This document shows positions 23,226 through 31,011 of a stretch of DNA of 32,000 bases, piece by piece. The translations under genes and the position numbers were made by a program. The notes under the pieces were generated by a model. It was not told where the DNA came from. It saw only the letters and a list, made by a program, of their open reading frames with translations, and made no database searches. Source of the DNA: Candidatus Saccharimonadota bacterium (GTDB lineage Bacteria > Pseudomonadota > Gammaproteobacteria > Enterobacterales > Enterobacteriaceae); the NCBI GenBank assembly GCA_049942765.1, contig CP188086.1:450001-482000 (forward strand), given 5' to 3'. Each line of letters opens with the position of its first letter. Positions within the stretch are counted from its first letter, which is position 1.

Positions 23226-24359
23226 ATGTCAAAAACAGATTACTACGAAATTTTAGGGATTCAAAAATCAGCAAACGACCGTGATATAAAAAAAGCATAC
23301 AAACGATTAGCTATAAAATATCACCCTGATCGTAACAAAGGAGATAAACAAGCAGAAAAAAAATTTAAAGAGATAAAAGAAGCATATGAAATATTAATCA
23401 ACACTCAAAAACGTGCAGCTTATGATCAATATGGACATAGTGCATTTCAACAACAAAATAATAATTCTAATTTTCATAGTACATTTAATAGTTCTGCAGA
23501 TTTTACCGATATTTTTGGCGATGTTTTTGGAGATATTTTTGGAGGAAATAGACAAAAATCCACTCATGGCGCTGATTTAAAATATAATATGGAATTAACC
23601 TTAGAAGAAGCTGTCCGTGGTGTCACCAAAGAAATACGAATTCCTATATTACAAACATGCAATATTTGTTATGGTAGTGGTGCTACTCCTGGTACTCATC
23701 GAAAAAATTGTTCCACTTGTCATGGAACAGGACAAATACAACTCAGAAAGGGTTTTTTTACTGTACAACAAACATGTTCTACTTGTCATGGACAAGCTAC
23801 AATTATTCAATATCCATGTAAATCCTGTCATGGACACGGCCGTATAGAAAAACCAAAAAAATTATCTGTTAAAATTCCAGCCGGTATCGATACTAACGAT
23901 CGAATAAAATTAAATCAAGAAGGTGAAGCAGGACAACAAGGTGCTCCATCAGGAGATCTATATGTTCAAATTAATGTAAAAAAACATCCAATATTCCAAA
24001 GAGAAGAAAATAATTTATATTGCGAAGTACCTATTAATTTTTCCATGGCAGCTCTTGGTGGAGAAATTGAAGTACCTACTTTAGATGGAAAAGTTAAACT
24101 AAAAATTCCTTCTGGAACACAATCAGGAAAAGCTTTTCGCATACGATCAAAAGGTGTTCTATCAGTTCGAAACGGAAAAAAAGGAGATTTATTATGTCGA
24201 ATTTTAGTAGAAACACCTGTCCATTTAAACGAACAACAAAAAATATTACTTTATAAATTAGGAGAAAGTTTTGGTGGTTTTACAGGAGAAAAAAATAGTC
24301 CTCGATCCAAACGATTCTTTGATGGAGTAAAAAGATTTTTTGACGATTTAAGAGGATAA
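23226..24359 (+). CDS. dnaJ: Co-chaperone DnaJ (Hsp40)
   Basis: [12 protein letters not shown]...[31 protein letters not shown]...[11 protein letters not shown] is the J domain with HPD. Also a G/F region ([11 protein letters not shown]) and four CxxCxGxG-type zinc motifs. AGGAAGA SD at 23214-23220. The track ORF begins 9 codons upstream (23199) inside the hairpin; alignment to E. coli (MAKQDYYEILG) supports 23226. Confidence 0.96.
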   Translation: MSKTDYYEILGIQKSANDRDIKKAYKRLAIKYHPDRNKGDKQAEKKFKEIKEAYEILINTQKRAAYDQYGHSAFQQQNNNSNFHSTFNSSADFTDIFGDVFGDIFGGNRQKSTHGADLKYNMELTLEEAVRGVTKEIRIPILQTCNICYGSGATPGTHRKNCSTCHGTGQIQLRKGFFTVQQTCSTCHGQATIIQYPCKSCHGHGRIEKPKKLSVKIPAGIDTNDRIKLNQEGEAGQQGAPSGDLYVQINVKKHPIFQREENNLYCEVPINFSMAALGGEIEVPTLDGKVKLKIPSGTQSGKAFRIRSKGVLSVRNGKKGDLLCRILVETPVHLNEQQKILLYKLGESFGGFTGEKNSPRSKRFFDGVKRFFDDLRG

Positions 24360-24371
24360 TATGACATATGT

Positions 24372-24408
24372 AAAAGTATTGCTCCACAACTTGGATGCAA
24401 TACTTTTT
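24372..24408. terminator. Bidirectional rho-independent-type terminator between convergent dnaJ and rpsT
   Basis: AAAAGTATTGC (24372-24382) pairs with GCAATACTTTT (24397-24407). An inner TCCA/TGGA extension (24383-24386 / 24392-24395) has a one-nt bulge and a 5-nt loop. The stem runs into a T-tract on the + strand (24404-24408) and into TTTTA on the - strand. It lies 13 nt after the dnaJ stop and 56 nt after the rpsT stop. Confidence 0.75.
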
Positions 24409-24463
24409 ATATACTAAATATTATATAACAATATTTAAAAATCAAATATCATCTATAAAGCAA

Positions 24464-24727
24464 TTATACCATATTGTTTATTCTTAACATCAAATTAGAT
24501 TTATGACGGGATGATTTATTTTTATGTATCAATCCTTTATGCACATGTCTATCTAATATAGGTTGAACTTTCTTAAATGCAATTTTAGCTTTTTCTTTGC
24601 TACCAGATACAATATTTTCATATACTTTCTTTATCAAAGTACGAACCATAGAACGTCTACTAATATTAGACAATCTTTTTTTCTTAGATGTAATAGCGTC
24701 TTTTTTAGATGATTTAATATTTGACAA
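24464..24727 (-). CDS. rpsT: 30S ribosomal protein S20, TTG start
   Basis: (M)[35 protein letters not shown]...[16 protein letters not shown] is colinear with E. coli S20 ([36 protein letters not shown]...). A TTG at 24725-24727 gives 87 aa, which is the E. coli length as I recall it. GGGAG sits 8 nt upstream (reverse strand reads GGGAGTATATAAATTG). The track ORF starts at another TTG 5 codons further up (24742), but that start contains the SD inside the coding sequence. Confidence 0.93.
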   Translation of the reverse strand: MSNIKSSKKDAITSKKKRLSNISRRSMVRTLIKKVYENIVSGSKEKAKIAFKKVQPILDRHVHKGLIHKNKSSRHKSNLMLRINNMV

Positions 24728-25019
24728 TTTATATACTCCCAAAATAAAAAAAATTTAAATATATTTTAATTCAATTAAGCGCAATAACATCATATTAATA
24801 TTATTTAAATCTATAATACAAATTATATTATATTTAACACAAAAAATACACTCACGAAAAATATAATATAAAATAAAAAACAGGTAATATCTATATTGTA
24901 TACATCAAAATAAAATACTACTATAGTAGTATAGACTTTATTAAATTAATAATTTTAATAACTACATTAAGTTCTTTAACTATGTATTTTTTTATTAATT
25001 TTAAACCAAATAATTAATT

Positions 25020-25955
25020 ATGAAACTTATACGAGGCATTCAAAATATAAAAAAAGAAGATTGGGATTCAATTTTAACAATCGGAAATTTTGATGGTGTA
25101 CATTTAGGACATCAATATGTGTTAAAAAAGATTAAAAATATTGCAAAACAATATAATAAATCTATTATGATTATGTTATTTGAACCTCAACCATTAGAAT
25201 TTTTTAAAAAATTAAAATCACCTACACGATTAACTCCTTTTCATGAAAAAATAAAACAATTATTCTTATTAAATATTGATTCAATATTATGCATAGAATT
25301 TGATATATATTTTTCATCACTAACAGCTATTAATTTTATTAAAAATATTCTCATTAAAAAATTACATATTTCACATTTAATTTTAGGTTATGATTGCCAA
25401 TTTGGAGCTGATAAAAAAGGCAATATAAAACTACTTAAAACAATAATCAAAAAAAACGAATTTAATATAATTCAACTTAAACAACATGTTCTCAACAATG
25501 GAACATATATTAGCAGTACAGATATTAGAAAAGCACTATTAAATAATAATTTTAAATTAGCTGAATCACTGCTAGGTCGACCTTTTAGTATTACAGGAAC
25601 AATATCAATCTACATACACAAAAATAAAAATACAGAGATATCTACTGCTATAATATTATTGAATAATTATTCAACTCCAATTTATGGTATGTTCTCAGTT
25701 ATATTTACAACTAAAAATCAAAAAAAAATCATAGGAATAGCTAATATAAATAAAAAAACATACCAAGATAAACATCTATGTATTATACATATACACGTAA
25801 AAAACATCATTTATAACTTACACAGTCAATATATTGAAATATTTTTTTATAAAAAAATGAAAAATATAAACTATTTTAAATCTATACAAGAAGAACAACA
25901 ACAATTATTAAACAATATTAATAAAACCAAAAAATACTTAAATCACTATTTTTAA
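25020..25955 (+). CDS. ribF: RibF-like bifunctional riboflavin kinase / FMN adenylyltransferase; the C-terminal kinase domain is highly diverged
   Basis: MKLIRGI.N...TIGNFDGVHLGH...MLFEPQPLEFF...RLT...EK and YISSTDIR.AL...N..LAESLLGRPF.I.G match the E. coli RibF FMNAT half closely. The remainder is colinear in length but poorly conserved (see findings). Confidence 0.88.
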   Translation: MKLIRGIQNIKKEDWDSILTIGNFDGVHLGHQYVLKKIKNIAKQYNKSIMIMLFEPQPLEFFKKLKSPTRLTPFHEKIKQLFLLNIDSILCIEFDIYFSSLTAINFIKNILIKKLHISHLILGYDCQFGADKKGNIKLLKTIIKKNEFNIIQLKQHVLNNGTYISSTDIRKALLNNNFKLAESLLGRPFSITGTISIYIHKNKNTEISTAIILLNNYSTPIYGMFSVIFTTKNQKKIIGIANINKKTYQDKHLCIIHIHVKNIIYNLHSQYIEIFFYKKMKNINYFKSIQEEQQQLLNNINKTKKYLNHYF

Positions 25956-25970
25956 AGGATAAAATCTATT

Positions 25971-28784
25971 ATGAACAATTATAAATCAACATTAAATTTA
26001 CCAAAAACAACTTTTCCTATGAAAGGAAATTTACCCATTCAAGAACTTAAAATACTTCAAAAGTGGACTAAAAATCATATATACCAAAAAATCAGAAAAA
26101 AAAAACTAGGTAATCCAATATTTTTTTTACACGATGGCCCCCCTTATGCCAATGGTAATATTCATATTGGACATGCATTAAATAAAATACTTAAAGATAT
26201 CATCTTAAAATCAAAACACTTATCTGGTTTTGATGCTCCATACATTCCAGGTTGGGATTGCCATGGCTTACCTATTGAACAACAAGTTGAAAAAATTTTA
26301 CATGACAAAAAAAAAACAGTATCTAATAAAGTATTCAGAATAATGTGCAGGGAATATGCACAACAACAAATTAATAATCAAAAAAAAGATTTCATTAGAT
26401 TAGGAGTCTTTGGAGATTGGAATCAATCATACCAAACCATGGATTTTAAATCAGAAGCTGATATTGTACGAATTTTATCAAAAATCATATTTAAAGGACA
26501 TATCTATCAAGGATTAAAACCTGTACATTGGTGTCTTAATTGTAAATCAGCTTTAGCAGACGCCGAAGTTGAACATATTGAAAAAAAATCATACTCCATA
26601 TTATTCAAACTCAAAATATGTAACCAAGGAAAAATACATCAAAAATTAAATATGACTAATTTTAAAAAACCAATATATTTTGTAGTATGGACCACAACCC
26701 CATGGAGTCTCCCAGCTAGTCAAGCCTTAGCCATACATGAAAAATATGAATACCAATTAATTGAAACAAGCAATCAAGCGCTGATCATTACCAGAAATAG
26801 AACAGAAGATATTATGAAAAATATAAAAGTTCATAACTGGAAAATTATCAAAACAATGATAGGTACCACATTAGAAAAATTAGATGTTATACATCCATTA
26901 TTTAAACAAAAAATACCTATCATTATTTCACAACATGTTTCTCAAGACATGGGATCAGGTATAGTACACATTGCTCCAGACCATGGAGTAGATGATTTTT
27001 TAGCTTGTCAACCATATGACATTCAACCAATAAATTTAATCAACCAAGATGGTAATTATATCAATACGCCTTATTCACAACTAAATAATATTAATATTAC
27101 GTATGCTCATACTTTAATCATAGATATGTTGAAAGAAAAAAACATATTATTATCTGTAAAGCAAATCATACATAATTATCCTCATTGCTGGAGACATAAA
27201 ACCCCGATTATTTTTAGAACAACCCCTCAATGGTTCATTAGCATGTCTAATAAAAACTTAAAACAAGAATCATTAAATTCTTTAAAAACCGTAAAATGGA
27301 TACCAAATTGGGGATTTAAAAGAATTACATCCATGTTATCACAAAGACCTGATTGGTGCATTTCTAGACAAAGAAAATGGGGTGTTCCACTTCCACTATT
27401 CATTCATAAGAAGACAAAAAAATTACATCCAAAAACACAAGATCTTATAAAAAAAATAGCTCATTTAATAGAATTACAGGGAATTGAAGCATGGTGGGAA
27501 ATAGATACAAAAAAAATATTAGGTAATGATTATAAAGAATACATAAAAGTAGAAGACGTTATAGACGTATGGTTTGATTCCGGATCTAGTCAACATTTTT
27601 TTAATTTTCAAAACAATTTTAAAAATCATACCGCAGCAGATATGTATCTAGAAGGATCTGATCAACATCGCGGTTGGTTTATGTCTTCACTAATCATTTC
27701 AACAGCCATTCAAAATAAAGCTCCTTATTCCACAGTCTTAACTCATGGATTTATAGTCGATGAAACAAAAAAAAAGATGTCAAAATCAATAGGTAATACT
27801 CTTAGTCCCAATTATATAATCGATAACTTTGGAGCAGATATTCTACGTTTATGGGTTGCGTCTACTGATTATACTAAAGACATTACAATCTCTAATGAGA
27901 TTTTACAACAATCAATAGAAAATTATAGAAAAATTAGAAATACTATACGATTTATATTATCTAATTTAAATTCATTTAATCCTAGTACAGATATTGTTCA
28001 ACCAAACAATATGATTAAATTAGATAAATGGATTATTAATAAAACCAAAAATATACAAGAAGATATTATTCAATTATATGAAAAATATAAATTTCATGAA
28101 GTGTTACAAAAAATCATGAATTTTTGTTCTATTGAACTAAGTTCATTTTATTTTGAAATTATAAAAGACAGACAATATACTAATAAAAAAAATAGTATAC
28201 CATACTTAAGTGGTCAAACAACAATATTTCATATTATACACGCTTTAGTACGGTGGATTACACCTATTTTATCGTTTACATCTGAAGAAATTTGGGAATG
28301 TATACCAGGAACTCAAAACTCCATATTTATAGAAGAATGGTATAAAAAATTATTTTACATGTCTAAGACAGAGATTTTATCAGATACTCATTGGAATCTA
28401 TTAATTCAAATTAAATATGAAGTCAATAAACATATTGAACAACAAAGAAAAATAAAAAATATCAGAAATTCATTAGAATGTCATATTACACTATATGTAA
28501 AAACCAAATTATTTAATATATTATCTATTTTAAATAATGAGCTGAAATTTATTTTCATAACTTCTTATGCTATCATAAAAAAATATAATTTAGCACCTAA
28601 TACAATAAAACCTTGCATTAACATCCCTGAATTAAAAATAGAAACAAATATAATTGTAGGAAAAAAATGTTTAAGATGTTGGCATTATACAGATTATAAT
28701 GACCCATTGTACAATAATAAAGATATATGCTATAGATGTACATTAAACATAGAGGGTTCTGGTGAAACACGATACTATTGTTAA
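25971..28784 (+). CDS. ileS: Isoleucine--tRNA ligase
   Basis: 937 aa. HIGH motif (PPYANGNIHIGHALNK), KMSKS (KKKMSKSIGN), editing-domain WTTTPWSLPAS, and C-terminal zinc-knuckle CLRCWHY...CYRC. AAGGA SD overlaps the ribF stop. Confidence 0.98.
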   Translation: MNNYKSTLNLPKTTFPMKGNLPIQELKILQKWTKNHIYQKIRKKKLGNPIFFLHDGPPYANGNIHIGHALNKILKDIILKSKHLSGFDAPYIPGWDCHGLPIEQQVEKILHDKKKTVSNKVFRIMCREYAQQQINNQKKDFIRLGVFGDWNQSYQTMDFKSEADIVRILSKIIFKGHIYQGLKPVHWCLNCKSALADAEVEHIEKKSYSILFKLKICNQGKIHQKLNMTNFKKPIYFVVWTTTPWSLPASQALAIHEKYEYQLIETSNQALIITRNRTEDIMKNIKVHNWKIIKTMIGTTLEKLDVIHPLFKQKIPIIISQHVSQDMGSGIVHIAPDHGVDDFLACQPYDIQPINLINQDGNYINTPYSQLNNINITYAHTLIIDMLKEKNILLSVKQIIHNYPHCWRHKTPIIFRTTPQWFISMSNKNLKQESLNSLKTVKWIPNWGFKRITSMLSQRPDWCISRQRKWGVPLPLFIHKKTKKLHPKTQDLIKKIAHLIELQGIEAWWEIDTKKILGNDYKEYIKVEDVIDVWFDSGSSQHFFNFQNNFKNHTAADMYLEGSDQHRGWFMSSLIISTAIQNKAPYSTVLTHGFIVDETKKKMSKSIGNTLSPNYIIDNFGADILRLWVASTDYTKDITISNEILQQSIENYRKIRNTIRFILSNLNSFNPSTDIVQPNNMIKLDKWIINKTKNIQEDIIQLYEKYKFHEVLQKIMNFCSIELSSFYFEIIKDRQYTNKKNSIPYLSGQTTIFHIIHALVRWITPILSFTSEEIWECIPGTQNSIFIEEWYKKLFYMSKTEILSDTHWNLLIQIKYEVNKHIEQQRKIKNIRNSLECHITLYVKTKLFNILSILNNELKFIFITSYAIIKKYNLAPNTIKPCINIPELKIETNIIVGKKCLRCWHYTDYNDPLYNNKDICYRCTLNIEGSGETRYYC

Positions 28785-29217
28785 CAAAAAATATTTTACT
28801 TTATCATTATTAATATATTTATTAGATGCATATACAAAATATTGGATCATAAATCACTATCAATTACATGAATGTAGATATATACTACCAATATTAAATA
28901 TTGTCTACATTCGTAATCATGGTATTGCATTTAATTTATTTAACGATGATAACATTAATCACTATACTCTATATATTATCAGTGCAACCTCTATGATATA
29001 TATCATATACATGATACTGAATATATATAAAAAAAAATACAATCACTATGGATATTCGTTTATAATCAGCGGTGGTCTAGGGAATTTATTAAATAGATTA
29101 TATTATGGATTTGTAATCGATTTTATTGATATACATATTAATAATTGGCATATGGCAGTATTTAATATCGCAGACATTAGTATAATACTAGGTATTATTT
29201 TTATTCTTATAAATTAA
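28762..29217 (+). CDS. lspA: Lipoprotein signal peptidase (signal peptidase II) homologue; GTG start overlapping the ileS 3' end
   Basis: Colinear with E. coli LspA: IRNHGIAFNLF (ARNYGAAFSFL), FIISGGLGNLLNRLYYGFVIDFID ([24 protein letters not shown]), AVFNIADISI (ATFNLADTAI). The only canonical in-frame start is GTG 28762-28764, preceded by AGAGGG (28751-28756), giving a 23-nt overlap with ileS. Confidence 0.9.
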   Translation: MKHDTIVNKKYFTLSLLIYLLDAYTKYWIINHYQLHECRYILPILNIVYIRNHGIAFNLFNDDNINHYTLYIISATSMIYIIYMILNIYKKKYNHYGYSFIISGGLGNLLNRLYYGFVIDFIDIHINNWHMAVFNIADISIILGIIFILIN

Positions 29218-30056
29218 AATATGAACTATTATTACAGTATAATATCTAAAAAATTAAATTTAATTAAAAATTTTATCATTAAATAAAACATACACTAAAA
29301 AAATAATTACTATGGATTTAACTATTCATTAAACAGTAATAATATAACTTGATTTACACCACATAAAAAAATATAACCATAAATCACTATTGATATTATC
29401 ATTAGTAATACATTAGTAATATATGCTATAAACAAACAACTAATAAATACAATTATTTAATACTAAACAAATTTATCAAAAAAAGACGATGCTTCATTAT
29501 TAAAATTAAAATACATAACAATAACACTATATAAAAATAATAATAATAATAATAATTAATAAACCATAATATTGAATATCTTTATTAACAAAAATTATTA
29601 AAAATGATATAATTAAATATTACATCAACATAATATCATTTTAAATTCCTAACAATAAACAATATTCTCTAACAATCAACAAAATCTCTAAACAAAAAAT
29701 TACATTCTAAATTACAACTAATCATAGTTCTAAATTAAAAAATGTTGAAAAAATCCATACTATTTAATACACTTTATTAAATATTGCTAATAACAATATT
29801 ACAAGCACATTTACTAAATTCTATTTTTTATATATCTATTAAATATAAATACAACATTCACATAATAAAATTTATTCAAAAAATAATAATACATTAACAA
29901 TAAATAACATCTTAGTTACTATAACTATTATTAATAAAATTAAAAAACTATTTCTACGTTAATTTCCTAAGTAATATAAAACTATATTTTTATTACTTTA
30001 AAAAATACAAAATATTTTATTTAAAAAAAATGAATTTTATTATAGGATAACTTAAT
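29218..30056. other. 839-bp ORF-free, G-depleted AT-rich spacer between lspA and dapB; probably fully eroded gene remnant(s)
   Basis: No ORF of 60 aa or more in any frame in the track. No GC island. Contains only low-complexity A/T sequence, including an (AAT)7 run. Confidence 0.6.
29536..29556. repeat. (AAT)7 trinucleotide microsatellite inside the lspA-dapB spacer
   Basis: Read directly: aat aat aat aat aat aat aat, followed by taat aa. Confidence 0.7.
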
Positions 30057-30863
30057 ATGGTTACAAAAAATATACGAATTGCAATTTCTGGAATGCTAGG
30101 AAGAATTGGTTCTCTGTTAATTCAAGAAACTCAGAAAATTAAAAATATACAATTAACTATAGCTATCAGTAAAAACATAGAACAACACATTAATAATGAT
30201 GTTACGTTTATCAATCAACTAAAAAATAATAATATAACAATAGTTAATTCTTTAAATGAAGAAAATAACAATTTTGATATACTAATTGATTTCACACATC
30301 CAAGTAAAACAATAGAATATCTTAAATATTGTATAAAACATAATAAAAAAATAGTTATAGGAACAACAGGTTTTAATAAAGAAGAAAAAGAAATTATTAA
30401 TGCCGCTTCACAAAAAATAGGTCTTGTATACTCTTCCAACTTTAGCATTGGAATGAATACTATGTACAAATTAATTCAAAAAACCACTGAAAACATAGGC
30501 AATAATTCCGATATAGCTATTATTGAATCTCACCACAATCAAAAAAAAGATAAACCTTCTGGAACTGCGATAACAATTAAAGAAATAATATTAAAAACAC
30601 TTAATTCTAAAAAAAAAACATCTCTCAATTATAATAAAATAAATAGACAACAAAAAAAAACAATTGACATATCCTCGTTAAGACTAGGTGATGTTCATGG
30701 TGACCACACTGTAATATATTCCAGCATTGGAGAAAGAATAGAAATCACTCATAGAGCTAACAATAAATTAATTTTTGCTCATGGAGCTATCCAAGCAGCT
30801 ATTTGGCTTTATGAACAAAAACCAGGATTATACACTATGGAAAACGTATTAAATACACTATAA
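30057..30863 (+). CDS. dapB: 4-hydroxy-tetrahydrodipicolinate reductase
   Basis: 268 aa. IRIAISGMLGRIGS (E. coli IRVAIAGAGGRMGR), DILIDFTHP, VIGTTGF, IIESHHNQKKDKPSGTA (IIEAHHRHKVDAPSGTA), GD..G.HTV.....GERIEITH.A. TAGGA SD at 30043-30047. Confidence 0.96.
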   Translation: MVTKNIRIAISGMLGRIGSLLIQETQKIKNIQLTIAISKNIEQHINNDVTFINQLKNNNITIVNSLNEENNNFDILIDFTHPSKTIEYLKYCIKHNKKIVIGTTGFNKEEKEIINAASQKIGLVYSSNFSIGMNTMYKLIQKTTENIGNNSDIAIIESHHNQKKDKPSGTAITIKEIILKTLNSKKKTSLNYNKINRQQKKTIDISSLRLGDVHGDHTVIYSSIGERIEITHRANNKLIFAHGAIQAAIWLYEQKPGLYTMENVLNTL

Positions 30864-31011
30864 AATTAAAACTTTTAAAATACATAGAAAAAATAAATTA
30901 TAACGTTTATATAATAAATTTGAAAAATACAAATATGAAACTTTAAGTAAATATAAAAATTACATAAATATAAAATATTATTAAAAATATAATTCTTAAT
31001 TGGAGAATCAC

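Noticed and set aside
23761-23790. Third DnaJ zinc-finger repeat reads CSTCHGQA instead of CxxCxGxG
   Set aside because: All four Cys pairs are intact. Only the trailing Gly is replaced by Ala, which is a conservative deviation unlikely to matter.
23617-23847. 76-aa (+, alternative frame) and 62-aa (-) ORFs inside dnaJ
   Set aside because: They overlap the zinc-finger region of dnaJ, whose own frame is unambiguously conserved. There is no independent support.
30215-30469. 84-aa ORF antisense to dapB
   Set aside because: Shadow ORF inside conserved dapB.
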